From the NCBI GenBank assembly GCA_043228905.1, contig JBHGNT010000013.1, forward strand, positions 16,988,001 through 17,052,000: 64,000 nucleotides of DNA, read 5' to 3'. Positions 24,034 to 38,254 of this stretch are shown here, one piece after another; positions within the stretch are counted from its first letter, which is position 1, and each line of letters starts with the position of its first letter. The notes under the pieces are model-generated. The model was not told the DNA's origin, did no database searches, and saw only the letters and a list, made by a program, of their open reading frames with translations. This DNA comes from Azolla caroliniana. Lineage: Eukaryota; Plantae; Polypodiophyta. Made by a program: the position numbers and the translations under genes.

Positions 24034-27000
24034 CTCTACCGTCGCAAAGGTAGATTGTTGTGGTCATATACAAATCGATCAATTACGAATAAGAGCTTTA
24101 AACGAGAACGTAGTCCTTAAAATATCACCCTTCTTGTAGGGACATGGCAATCAAGAGATTCTTCTTCTTCACGACGACTTTCTTAGCTACCCAACTCGCT
24201 AGACCATGCAATTGACTCAAATAGCAGGAGTATTGTTTTTCATTTGGGGAAACAACTAGAAAAGTGAGCGAGTTCCTAACATATCTCCATTCTTGTACGG
24301 ACATGGCAATCAAGAGATTCTTCTTCTTAACTACAACTTCTTTTTTCTTTTTTTAAAGAAAGATGCACCTTAGTATAGTACTTGAAAAGTCTACGTAGAA
24401 AAAATAGGAGACATTTCATCTCACTTCTTATTTCTTGACTACAACTTTCTTAACGAGTGAACTTGCTAGACCATATAATTGACTCAAATAGCATTGTTTT
24501 CCATTCGGGGAAACAACTAAAAATACGACAAATCATTTTGACTGAGTTTTTTTCCGCTTCGAAGTAATTGTTTGCCCAAATGTGGATCTATTGTTCAAAA
24601 TCAGAGCAATTTAGTTCATGATATGATCGTACTTATATGCATGTAGATGTGTAAATCAACGAGATATCAAAATGTAAGTGGGTTCCAAGAAAAATGTTTG
24701 AAGGAGTTTTCCCCTTCTTTGTAACGGTTTGCAAGAATGTGGGATAATTGTTCAAAAAGGGCTTCATGATATCGTCTTTTTTGTATGTACATGGATGTGA
24801 ATATTGATAAGAACACCTCCTAGAATATCGATTAGAATCGTGATGGATTTGTCGTGGTCACAATTGTGTAGCCCAAAGAGCGAGGTGTAGCCCAAATAGT
24901 GAGGAATATACAACTACAAATGAGAAGTGCATGATTGGTCATTTGTCCTACATATATTCCTCATAAACCTTATGTTTCTATATAGATCACTCTTTCGGTG
25001 GCTCACAAAGTAATAGATGGGATATTGGCTTAATTTAGTCCTCTTGGTGCTCAATACCCATTCCCATAATTAATTATTGATATTTTAGAACTCCCTCCAT
25101 ATGCCAAGTTTCATAAGTGAAGGTTGAGAATACTAATTTGACGAGGGATTCATTGGTGAATTCTTACTAGGGAAGTGAGTTTTTCTCGACAATGGTGAGC
25201 TTTTGGAATAAATTGTTGTGAGCTTTTTAGAAGTTTGCTTCTCACTCGTGACCATCAACAATCTACCTCCATTGCATGTGCATACCATACTTTGTTTTTG
25301 TCGATACATCATAACCATTCATACCCTGCTTCCATTCCACATGCAACCATGCATTCTCTTAATCATGGCACTTTGACAACAAATATATTTCATCTCCATG
25401 TGCAACTACATTTTCCTAATCATATCATTTTCATGAGATATGCCTTTTACACATCCATGATACGTACCATTGAATAACTATACCATTCATAATATGTTCC
25501 ATGTTTACCCATAAGTTTGTATTCATGCCACTAAGATAGCATCCATGACGCATAAATAAATATGTATGGTTTCACATTGCATGCTGCCATGCTCATTGTG
25601 CATTATCTTAATCGTCATTAGACGTGGTCAATATCAAAATACGGGTATCGTTGTCCTCTTCCTACAAACACCATTAGTTAATCACCTCGTTACTAGTTAA
25701 CTACTAGGCTTGAACTTCTTATTTCTCTCTTTACACCACTTTGAGTTAATTACATAAATAATATGAGTTTCTTCTGGTTTGAACTCCTTTCTTTTCATCA
25801 TTATGAAAATTAGGTGAAAAGGTTCCACATGCGTGTTTTAGGGTATAATTTTAAATTTTTATTACCATAGGAAAAACTACTTTTGTTCGATGCACACTCA
25901 CAAATATCACAAGTTATATGGGTGAACACAATGTCTTGTCTTGTGCTTTTTAGATACCCTTCATTAACACGACAAACACAATGTCCAAACTTCGATTTTG
26001 TTATTTCAACAATTTTCTCTCAAAGTAGGTATATGCCACGTTTGGGTAAGTATATTTCTAAGTTAAATGCGTTTGTGTAAGTTATTATATATGTTGTATC
26101 AATCCCCCTTTTTCTTTTAGGGGTCGATACTTGTACTTGGGGAAAAACTGAAAAAATATTGGTTAACATAACATTAGCAGAAGAAACTTCTCATGAGAGT
26201 GTAAATGCGACAAATTGCAAGGGCGGGCAATACATTTCACTTTCACATCATCCCTTTATTTTATGCACGCACAAATAATATGGTGGTTTAAAATCAACGA
26301 TAAAACCAATGGTTGAACTTCCTTTATGTTGATATGTAGTTAATAAATTAACTACTAAGCTAAAATATATGACTCGATGAACCATTATCAATGTGTTAGA
26401 TTAGTACAAGGATGTAATGTAGCCAATGGATTAATAGCACGAGCATAAAGGAGCTTAATCATGTCCATTACCTTAACCATAATCTTTATCGATTGGTTGT
26501 ATAACGAGGTGCTTTATGTTCATATCCACCGTGATTTTAGCCATAAGACAAACCAACACGACAATTTGGATTTATGCACTTTAATGATGTAGTGCACTTA
26601 TTTAAGAATGATTAAGAGATTTAAGCTTGCTAACACCTTTATCCAGAAATGCTTATGATACACCCCTATCATGTGGTCAAGATCGGAAGAAAGCTCGTGG
26701 TACAGACATTGGTATAGAGACCATCACATTGCATGATAATCGGGGGAGGCAAGTGCTAGTAGGACATGGGGTGAAGGGTCAAGACTCAATACATAGCCAT
26801 GGGTTATCGAGTTATGCATAGAAAATCTAAGGAGTGATTTTATGTTCCATTAAATGTTATGTTATGGGTCAGGGTAAGCCGACTTGCGAATGTCTACATG
26901 ATACATGTATAAATAGCACTGACAAAAGGAACGACTACTCAATGTGGACTTGTGCGGTGCATGAGATGTCGGGTGCATGTGTAACAGTAGTATCCCATGG

Positions 27001-27044
27001 GCCCGACACTCGACACGGAACGATGGTGCGTGCGGGGGGGGCCG

Positions 27045-27049
<5 letters not shown>

Positions 27050-27126
<77 letters not shown>
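27050..27126. repeat. (GA)n microsatellite upstream of GBSS
   Basis: Perfect GA run of ~38 units. Confidence 0.95.
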
Positions 27127-27131
<5 letters not shown>

Positions 27132-27164
27132 GTGGTGAGCAAAGCGCGTGGATAAGAAAGAAGA

Positions 27165-27411
27165 AGCACGTGCGCTTTGGGATTGCCACGTGGCGGGCGC
27201 CCATTTGCTCGGGAGGGAGCTGGGGATTTTTTGGAATTAAAAGAGCATCTCGACGGAAGCTGCTGCGCTTTCTCCCGCCTGCCACGTGGAAAGGAGGGTG
27301 CGCGGACCTGCCACGTGGGCATGACGTGGCGCAGGCGCCGAGCTGGCAGTGCGGAGCGGTGGCCCGCGCAACGGGGGGCGAAGGCGCACGCCACGTGGCG
27401 ATGACGTGGCG
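27165..27411 (+). promoter_or_regulatory. G-box/ABRE cluster in the GBSS promoter
   Basis: CACGTG at ~27167, 27187, 27283, 27312 and 27392, and TGACGTGGC at ~27322 and 27402, all in a GC-rich island 200-450 bp upstream of the ATG. Confidence 0.75.
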
Positions 27412-27458
27412 CTGCATAAGAACGATGAACCAGCGGCAGATGGAAAGAAGAGCTCAAA

Positions 27459-27497
<39 letters not shown>

Positions 27498-27615
27498 GTC
27501 TGTCTGTCTGCAGAGTTAGGGTTTATAGAGCTTCTCTCTGTCTCTGCCTCCATCTCTGTCTGTCTGTCTGTCTGTCTGTGACTGGAGTTCAGAGACGCAG
27601 GCCTCAGTACAGTCC

Positions 27616-30600
27616 ATGGCTATGGCTTCCACCACCTCCTCTGCCTCCCTGGCTTCAGCGTCCTCCTCCCCATCCCTCACCAACAAGCTCATGCAGATCA
27701 GATCTCTTCCTACCTCGTCCACTACCAGTTTCAATGGGTTGCGCCTCCCAGAAGCCGCCGTTCCTCATCAGGGCCTTCTCCTTCAGTCTCCATCTACCTT
27801 GTTTGGCAAGGACAGGAACAACAACAAGAATATGATGAAATCGCTCCTGGTTCGTAGCATGAATGCAGCCGCCCTAGAAACCCAGAAAGGATCATCTTTA
27901 ATCTTCATTTCTACTGAAGTGGCCCCGTGGAGCAAAACCGGAGGCTTAGGAGACGTTCTTGGAGGTCTCCCTCCTGCCCTTGCGGTATGGTTTCCTAATA
28001 CACTATAGAACATCTTTTGATTTAACACATGATTTTGATGCGATTAAATCAAGACCAGAGATAGGCGAACCAACATTTGAGGTAAATAAAGGTAGACCAA
28101 TCAATATTAGGCTGACTATAACTACACATTAATAGGCAATTAGGAGTCAAATCAAGACATGAGATAGGGCGTTCATCATTGGATGGCCCTAATTAACTTA
28201 ACATTGCGGATCTAATTAGGAATGACATCAATGCTAGAGATAGGACAATCAGCATTCGGATGGGCATATGGCTACATTTGTTTCAATATCTATGATATTA
28301 ACACATACATTGTTCACATGCACAGGTTCATTAGGTTTAGGGTGATGTGAAGAGCTAGGTATTCCCACCAATCCACATTTGGGTGATTAGAAGTCTAATC
28401 AAGGCTAGAACTAGGCCATTCAACATTTGAGTGGTTTTATGGCAACCTACCTTCAGGTAGCTGTAGTCTAGATATGGACATTGTTGATAGTGTGGAAGTT
28501 TCTATCTAGACAGTCACAACATGAATGTATTCATTCTTTATGATGGACCAAAGAAGGATAGAGATGGGACAATAAATATTAGCCTTATGGGCCACCTTTA
28601 CCCTCAAATATCTATGACCTGGACACAAACATTACCCATTTAAACAACTTCTGAGCGTTTGGAGTTATATAATATCCATCTACCCTTCCGCATCTCTTCT
28701 TCACCCAAGTCATTATGTGAATGGATCCACCCTCTTGTGATGGAAGAGACATATTTTGGACATTTCTTTCTGCACTACTCTTCTAATGGACATGCTAGCA
28801 TAGTATGGGATGTGTGTGAGACGCCAATCAGTGATAATTGGTCGTGTTGGAGAATTAACTGTGTAGGTTTACTTTTCTTTAATAGCATTAACATATAGAT
28901 TCATTCGTGTTATTAATATCTACAGCTTTTTAATTTTGATATTTCTTAATAATGTTTTGTTTTGCAGGGTCGTGGTCATCGTGTTATGACTATCTCACCC
29001 CGTTATGACCAGTATAAAGATTCATGGGACACCGGGGTTGTGATTGATGTAAGTGCAAACATTAAATTCTGATAATGCAATTGAATCTCATATTTTTTAT
29101 TAGCAGAAATTTAAGAATGGCATTCTTTTTTGTTGGGAGAGCCCCCCCTTTGCCATGTGCTACCATTTTAGGGTTCATGTCATAAACTGTAACTGTGCCA
29201 TTAACATGAGCATCATATTTAACAAGAGTGATGAAGGTTTATGTTATGACAGTTTTATTTGAAGGTCACTAGATTCTGCATTTAGCATTTGATTCTTTGA
29301 TGACATATACCAAGAAGTATTTGGCAAATTTCCCTTCCTCTCGAATTTTCAAATAATGTGCAACTCTATAAGGATATGTAATTGGGCTTTATCTTTGTTA
29401 ACATTTAAACTTAAGCGAAAGATTCTTGTTCGTTTATGATTCCCATAATGCTATAACCATGCCTGATTGTTGCACTCACAATACTGTCTGCTCCAAACTG
29501 CAGAAAATGGGAATTGTAGGGGCAGAAGTGTTGAAGATTTCTTTGAATGTGGATAGCTCTTATGTTTAGATCATCTCCCTTGCAGGTTAAAGTGGGGGAC
29601 AAAGTAGAGCAAGTTCGATTTTTCCATACCTACAAACGTGGTGTAGATCGAATCTTTGTTGATCATCCCTTTTTCCTTGCCAAGGTATGACATAGTGATT
29701 GGCTTATAGGTCAGTCTTGTATATATCGATTCAGTCTTTGGATAAATTAACATACATTCTGCATTTCCACTCATTCCCTTTTCTCCAATCTAAATAGGTG
29801 TGGGGTAAAACTGGTGGTAAGATCTATGGACCAGAAGCTGGACGAGATTACCAGGACAATGAACTGAGATTCTCCCTCTTTGCACAAGTATAATGTTTAT
29901 AGCCTTTCTTTTTCATGTTTGGGTTGTGTGTCACCCTCTGGATTAGAGCCTTGTGGACCTTAAATGGAAAGTCTGTATTTTGTTGCAGGCAGCTATTGAG
30001 GCTGCTTTAAAGCTAAATTTAAACAATAAATTCTTCAGTGGCCCTTATGGTAAAACCATTTTATCTTCCATCTGGTTGGCTACCCATTTTGATTTGTATT
30101 ATATTTTTTCATTGCCTTGAGATCTTTCCCTTTGCATACAGGCGAGGATGTAATCTTTATAGCTAATGATTGGCATTCAGCGCTTGTACCATGCTATCTG
30201 AAGGCTAATTATCAATCGAAAGGCTTGTTTAACAATGCAAAGGTATCTAGGTGCGAGCACCATTAAATATGTTTTTGTATAATGTCATATTTGTCGGAAG
30301 AATACCATAACATGTGGTTTGGAATGGCAACGTGATACACATTGTTAAAATGTGGCTTAGGGGAACATGGCGATGTAATGATAATTATCGAGGCTCACAT
30401 TCATGATTCATAATATGAATATTGGATGCAGGTCGCTCTCTGTATACATAACATTGCATACCAAGGCAGGTTTGCTTTCCAAGATTTCTCTCTTTTGAAT
30501 CTTCCGGATAGCTTCAAGAGCTCCTTTGACTTCATTGATGGGTATGTGGCGGTCCTTGCACTACAATTCTCGTTGAGTAAGAATGTTTTGAGGTTGCTTC

Positions 30601-33227
30601 ATCTAGTATATATAGCAAATGAATGATACTTTATTTCTCTTTATGTTTTACAGCTACGATGTACCTGTGAGAGGCAGGAAGATCAATTGGTTGAAAGCTG
30701 GAATGTTAGAGTCTGATTTAGTGCTCACTGTCAGCCCAAATTATGCTTCTGAGCTTATATCAGGGGAAGACAGGGGTGTGGAATTGGATACAATTGTTAA
30801 GAAAACAGGCATTACCGGCATCAGTAATGGAATGGATGTCCAAGAGTGGGATCCGTCATCAGACAAGTATCTGGAAGTGAAATATGATTCGACGACAGTA
30901 AGTTTTATCTTTTATGTTGTGTAGAGAATATTTATTTGGTTTATCTTGATCTCGAAAGTAACATATAACAATTTCCAAAGGAATCACAATTCCAATGATA
31001 GCAAGTATATGCTAATTTAGTTTTGGCAACTGATTGAAATATGTTTGTTAGACTATTTATACTATAATCAGTTTTAACCTTTGAGCACCCTATAAAACAT
31101 GCATGACTATAACATCCTGATTACTTTCTTTGGACCTGGCCCTGAGCTATCCTGGGTTCACTGATGACATTTCTAGTCTTGAGCGTGCCATGCCTATACA
31201 CAACCATCTTTCCATGCAAGTGGTGTTATATACATTTGAGTTTTTCTATGGCTCAAATCATGAACTAACAATTGCAGTTGGTTACGTTGAAATCATTAAG
31301 GACATCACAACATGCAAGTTTCTAGTCCATGATTTGTGCTATAGGAGAACAATGGCGTTTGACCTATGTTGAGTTCAATTGTGACATGACATGTCTTTTC
31401 TAAGTTTCTCATGCATGAAACTGGTTTTCCATGTGAATGTGCATGAGAATATTATGAGGTATTTTCTTGATTTCCTCTTCATTCATTCCATGGCAGGTTC
31501 TTGAAGCAAAACCAGCTTTGAAGGAAGCTCTGCAGGCTGAAGCAGGGTTGCCTATCAATCCTGACATTCCAGTTTTTGGTTTTATTGGAAGATTGGAAGA
31601 ACAAAAAGGCTCCGACATCCTTGCTGAGGCAGTTCCAGAGATCCTTAAGGATGATGTACAAGTGATCATCTTGGTATGGTGCCCTTGAACTTCAATTTCT
31701 TGTTTTGCAGTGACGACTTCATTAGTGTTAAAGTGTTCTGTATCTCCAATTCCTTCCCGTTTTTTGGAGGAGGGGGGGGGGGGGGGGGGGCATTAGGAGT
31801 ATTTATATGTATTTCCAGTAACTTTCTTGGGATTAAGTTATTGTTGAGAGCATTTATGTATGCATATATCTATTTCCCTTTATAGCATTGGGAGAATTTG
31901 TGTGATAATTCATTGTCATGTATAATCCACCTATCCCAGGGAACAGGCAAAAAGAACCTGGAGAAACAATTGGAAAAGCTGGAGTTGAAATATCCTGACA
32001 AAGTCAGATGTGTTATGAAGTTCAATGTACCCTTGGCACACATGATAACAGGGGGTGCCGATTTCATGCTGGTTCCAAGCAGATTTGAACCATGTGGTTT
32101 GATTCAGTTGCATGCCATGCGATACGGCACGGTATGTACTCTCTATCTCTCACACCCCTCCTTATGCATATACATATTTACATACATGTGCAGAATATGT
32201 ATCCATATATATATATATATACACTTTTTGTATATTGTCGTTTCTTTCATCGTAGGTATCTCAAAGACATGCACTCTTGTTCATATACTTGTTGCGTAGG
32301 CCTCTAGTAAACTTCATAGTATATACACATGTTCATATATTTGTCGCCTAGGCTCCTAGCAAACTTTGAAAAAAAATCTTTCTTTTTTACCCTCTCCACA
32401 TATTGGGTGTCCTAAACTAGACCTAATATTTGGGAGTTGTCTCTGTTTTTTGTCAGGTTCCCGTTGTTGCATCTACTGGAGGTCTTGTGGATACCGTAAC
32501 AGATGGAGAAACTGGTATTCACGTTGGCAAGGCTTTCAATGTGAAAGTGAGTGCTATATATGTTTTTAAGGCAATTATATGTTTCAACTTTCAGCTAAAA
32601 ATCTTTATGTTGAGAGATTTGGGCATTTATGGTTTGATTTCATAGTGCGAAGAAGTGGATCCAAGTGACGTTTCAGCTCTTGTAGCTGCAGTTGGAAGAG
32701 CTGTAAAACTCTATGGAACACCTACATACTACAAAATGGTGAAAGCCGGCATGGCACAAGATTTGTCTTGGAAGGTATTAATTAACCTTTTAGTGACAAT
32801 GTTTTCAAACTTGAATAAAAAATGGCATGTGCGCACTGCAAAGCTATGGACAAAACTTCCTATAATTAAAGAGCCCCACACCTATCTACACACACACACA
32901 ACATGTATAAATGTGCTACACCAACCTTACCTACATAAGCTATGATATTTTGTTCTGGTAAAAAGTGTGGAAATATAAATCAAGAAGAGTGGGACGAATT
33001 TGTCCCTTATGTATTCCTTTGTGATATATGTTTTGAAATCAAGCATCACTTCCTTGTACGACAACGACCCTTTGTGTTTGTTTGATACTAATCATGTGTT
33101 TGAAACATAGGGCCCTGCAAAGCAATGGGAGCAAGTATTGTTGAGATTACGAGTACAAGGAGATGGAGAAGGGTTTGACGGTGAAGAGATTGCTCCTTTG
33201 GCAAAGGAAAATGTTGCCACTCCATAG
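27616..33227 (+). CDS. GBSS: Granule-bound starch synthase (GT5). 13 coding exons: 27616-27984, 28968-29048, 29586-29684, 29798-29887, 29989-30049, 30142-30242, 30432-30541, 30654-30897, 31497-31673, 31940-32131, 32457-32546, 32646-32774, 33111-33227
   Basis: Ser/Thr-rich plastid transit peptide; [100 protein letters not shown]; GBSS-specific C-terminus [15 protein letters not shown]. Confidence 0.97.
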
Positions 33228-36200
33228 TATCTTGTCTCAAGAGAATTATGATATGGAGATGCCAAACTTCACAAAGACCTAGCCTTTTGGCGGGAGCTTG
33301 TAAAAATTTTAATTTTTTCTTGTTACGAGTTGATGGTATAATCACTACGGAGAGGGCTATAATCATCACAAAACTTTTCGTATATACTGCTAGGAAAGTT
33401 CCAATTTCTGAAATAGAGTGATGGACCCACCTATGTGCACAACTTTTCATCCTCTTTAAATTATATTAAGTTTTCAAGAGTTCTTCTAGAACCAATAGTG
33501 TAATTTTTGTTATCATGATCTCTTCCTTTTTTACGTCTCACCAATTTTAATAACTGCTTTGTAATATTTTCCTGAATTACAATGATGTTAATCATTCTTG
33601 TTTCATTGTTGTTGGGCTCATTGAAGTAGTATGTCACATTATTTTGTTCTTTGTGCTACCATTAAACAAAAGCTTCCTAGGCCCACTACAAAGCAATAGA
33701 ATTTCCTTAAAAGCAACCAATCTTTCATAAAATAATTCACTGGTTGCATTGCATATGTATCCAGTCTATGATTTTAACATTAAATCCCCACAAAGATAAA
33801 TAATACTCCACAAAAGGTGAACGCACATGTGCTATGCCACGTTGTATTCTCTGAATTTGCATAAAATATATGGTGATGCAAATATTCAATATTTTGAAAT
33901 GCAAAAGCTTGTGCTAGATAATGCTTGCAACATACACTACAACATGCATGCATGCACTTGTGTCTCATAGTTCTTGGTAAGTTTAGTGAAAATCTTTAAC
34001 TTTAAACTCCAAATGTACAATAGTCGCTTCGAATAAGTCCACTAGTCCTAGTTATAAAATAACCCTACTCAAAGAAGGAAAAACAAGTTTCCTCTCATGT
34101 GATGTTGCATATTCGATTTGACTTGGAAACTGTACAACCTATATGAAGATCCAATAACTCTACAATGAATGGGAATCTCTTGTGAAACATTAACCATTAA
34201 GACTAACGTAAAACACGAGGTGAAATTTTATGAGTGTATGTTGTATTGGTGACCATCATGTACATGTGATGAAGGATAAGTACGAGAGAGGGGATGATTA
34301 ATAGCACCGCAAGTCAATACACGGAAAAGAAAAAAATGACCACATAAATACATGATAGAAGTTCTTGAAGTTTTCGAGTTTGATGGTTGGTTGAGGTCCC
34401 GATTTCCAAAAGAGCCTAGATTAAAAATCCACTTAGTTTTCTAATATGGGCTCTTCCACTCTCACTATTCCAACAAAGAAGCATGTAGGAATCATTTAAT
34501 GCTCGAAAAGGCATCTCAAATACGCACACACACACACACATGACAGAAGAAGATTTCAAAATCATTACATGGATGCTCAAACAAAAAGGGGTAAAAAATC
34601 GAGTAAGATGGAGGGTTTATATCTTTGTAGAGAAGGGTTTCTTATGATTGAAAAATGGCATCTTGATTCTACGAGCCACACATGATAGAGACTGAAGACA
34701 AGTTTTTTGGAAACATTACATAGATATTCAAACAAGAAAAATACGAAATTATGGATTTCATATCTTCTTGTAAGTGAAATTGCTACGCCACCCGATGGCA
34801 TTGTGCTTTGGGCAGCATGCCTACAAGTGAATGATGTGGAATATGTCTTTATTTTTGGATGCTGAATTTGGGAGTTGAATCACTCATTCTTTTAATAGAC
34901 ACGATTTTACTCAATTGGAGGACACAAATACTAGGAATTTGTAAATTGTACTAATTATTTCCGATTTTAAGTTGACGGTTTATTGTGTCTCCGAGTTTCG
35001 GGAGTCGAGACATCATTTAATGAATGAACCATGCATCTATCTTTTATTTGAGACAACAAATCAAGATAGCATAATTTCTTCTCAATTTTGTTTGAATAGG
35101 CCGAAGAAAGAAGGAAGCTTATTGGTTACAACTTACAACAATAGTGGTCTTCATTTAGCAAAGGTTTTATTATTGCAAAGTTATGAGTAGAGTGAGGTTA
35201 TGTTCATAATAACAAATTTCACCACAAATACATCATTTTTGTTGTTATTTTTCCCCCGTGTGAACTACTAGCCTTGGTGAGTTAAAATGAACGATATAAT
35301 ATTATTTTTTTGCTTTCGTGCATAAAAGTTTCATCTCTTGTCAAATAATAATATGAATCAATTAATAGAGTACAATGGTGATGTGAATTACTTGATATTG
35401 TATTCTAGCAAATATGACGCCTTATCATTCTCGATTTTTAAATACTTAATAAAACTATTGAGAAAAGCTCGTTTCTAGAGAGATATTCCAATGTTCAATA
35501 ACAATGTTTTTTTCGAGACTCTATTACACTCATCGGCCAAAAACATTAGATCTTGGATTTGACTATTGCAGGGCAACAACGATCTTGATTTACATTTGCA
35601 GCATGCATGCATATGTATTTGGAAGACGTCAATCAAAACCTTGTGCTAACTTCATAAAAGCAATGTCTCTTTAAAAACAATTAATCAATTAAAAGATCGA
35701 GCAAGTGTCTGATGCAATACGTACAAATCCACAAATGAATATGTATGCCCAAATGTCACAATGACTTGTGGTTAGAATAAGTTTAGATTAGGACAAACTT
35801 GATTTGCTTTTGGTCTCAACCTTTGTGTCCTTTAATCGCTCAGCTCAACCTTCCATGTTTTTTATCACTTTCAATACTCACCCGATCCAAGAAAATAAAA
35901 CAATGTTCGTGCATTTTTTTACTTGCAACGAATCGAAATGCATCATGAATGCCTGTCTCAAGGCATTAAGGTTTGTGCTAAAACATTACTTGACATGGTA
36001 AACAATGGCAACTATTTATCCATTCCAAATTCCCCGGAATTGATCGACATTCATCATAGAATAACCATGCTCAAGAAATGTGTTCAAGAGCACATAGACC
36101 TCGTGGACAGAGGTACACATTATACTCCTTGTATGCATGGGGCTAAGATTGTAGCAAAAGGGTTGTGGAGGGAAAGCACGAGGAAAAAGCATTCGTCTGG

Positions 36201-37039
36201 GCGAGATGATTGATTGATACACGAGGGGTTGAGGTATGGTTCGAGGGAGGCTGCAAACTACTCGAGAATGGCCACATGGCTCTAGTTACAACAATACAAG
36301 AGCCAGGTGCGGCGGGGGGGCAGGCGGGGGGGGGGGGGGGGGTGTACACGCACATGGGGTTCTCGAGTCTCTCAGCCAGCGTTTCCTCGGAAGCCCACGG
36401 GCGCGACGGGCATGACGTGTCTCCACACACACATAGAGGCTCGCTTTCTCGAAGGGTAGCCGATCATTCCGATCAAATGTCGGAACACGAAGAGCACGAC
36501 TAGTTGGGCCGTGCCAGCTAGGCTTGGGCAGGCCACGTGGATGACAGGGGTGCTGCTGACTCATCACCACGACCCTGTTTCTCTGTGTGTGTGTGTGTGT
36601 GTGTGTCTTCAGCTACACTAGGACACAGACGAGAGAGAGAGAGAGAGAGGTCGCCATTAAAGCTCGATCATATCATAATTTGAGTTAGTAATAATATAGG
36701 AGGTTTAGGTTTTAGGTCGACGGCGGGCGAGACAGTGAACTCTCTCTGTCTCTCTGTCTCTGTCTCTGTTTCTCTCTGTCTCAGAGAGGATGCAGAAGTA
36801 AGAAGAAGAAGAAGAAGAAGAAGGAGGAGGCGTATCATATCGTAATGGCGCGCTTGGCTCTGTGTATATACATTACATTACATACATGCATTAAATAAAT
36901 ATTTACTATCGATATAATTATTTTTTTGTAAAATCCTCTGTTTTTCACCTTCCTGCATCGATCTCTCTGCAAAAAGAAGCAAACGTCTCTCTCTCTCTCT
37001 CTCTCACTCTCTCTCTCCTCAGCTCAGGAGCACGGAGGA

Positions 37040-37102
37040 AGCAAAAAGCAGAAAGCAAAAAGCAGAAAGCAGAAAGCAGAAAGCAGAACGCAGAAAGCAG
37101 AA
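37040..37102. repeat. Heptamer repeat (GCAGAAA) x ~9
   Basis: Direct reading; it lies among CT/GA tracts upstream of the coiled-coil gene. Confidence 0.9.
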
Positions 37103-38254
37103 ATGGCTAAAACAGAACAGCAAAACAACAAAATCCGATAGGAGAAGGATCTCCATCGCCGGGAGAGAAACAGAGACAGACAGAGACAGAGACAGAGAGA
37201 GAGACAGAGAGAAAGAGAGGATCTCTATGAGCTTTTTTTGTAACGCCTTTCCCTTTGCTTTTCTTTTTCCTTTTACCTCAACTAACTCTGGTCAATCGCC
37301 ATAGCTACCACTGCTCTCTCCCGCATGTGCAGCCCATTACTCTTTTGTAAACCTTTTACTTTCATTTCCTCAGAATATCTCTGCATACTTCTTTTACCAT
37401 TTTCTCTGTCTCTCTTTTTGTTGTCGTTGTTGTCGTTGTTGTCTGTCCTCTGTTTTCTGTGTCTCCTCTCCTCTATTTCTTTCCTCATTGCACGATCTCA
37501 TCGATGCCTACCAATAAATAATAAATCAGTAAGCTTGCTTTATTGTCTTCTCTTCTTTTATACTCTAATGCAACCACACAGAAAACGCAGATCTATCGTC
37601 TCTTCTTTACAGTCACATTCTGCAGATTACATCCTATTTGCAGCTTTCAGGGCGTAAACGTTGGGGGAAGGAGGGGCCACCATTACATTAGCTCTGTATT
37701 GGATGCCATTGTGCATAGATCAAATCTTGGTCTTTTCATCTCTTACATTTATCCATAGAGAATAGTCTATGCATTTCTAACCACAGAGCCAGTTACTGCA
37801 GACTTAACTCATGAATAGATCTCACCTCATTGTACAAACTCAGCTAATTTATACGCATTCATGTAGCTAATAACTGAGGTAAATAGGTTACGGAATTTAT
37901 TCCACAGCTAATTAGCCTCTCATTCTGTAAACCGGTTCTCACTTCATAATCTTTGGCATTCTGTGACATGCCCATGAAATCACTCCTCTTAGATCTTCTT
38001 TATATATCTGATATTAGCTTTCTTTTCAGGTGGGTCCTTCATCATGTTAAGCTGGGGATTAAACGGATGATGTGAGAGATCCAATGTGCGAGACCTTTCA
38101 ACTGCATTTCAGTATAGAAGAAGACTACGCCTAAAACAAATGGATTAGATCTTACAATTGCAGTCTTATAAAGAAGAAGATCATACATAGAAAACAGGTG
38201 GAGTGGATCTATCCGGAAATACATATATATACACACACACACACACACAGACGA

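Noticed and set aside
26834-27835. 333-aa ORF and overlapping antisense ORFs
   Set aside because: They stay open because of GA/CT microsatellites and GC-rich promoter sequence, have no domain, and overlap GBSS exon 1 out of frame.
34541-34560. TGACAGAAGA, like the start of miR156
   Set aside because: The match stops after 10 nt and no hairpin partner is evident.
36143-36570. Several 94-97 aa ORFs in a GC-rich island
   Set aside because: Low-complexity poly-G/poly-P translations in multiple frames with no family motif.
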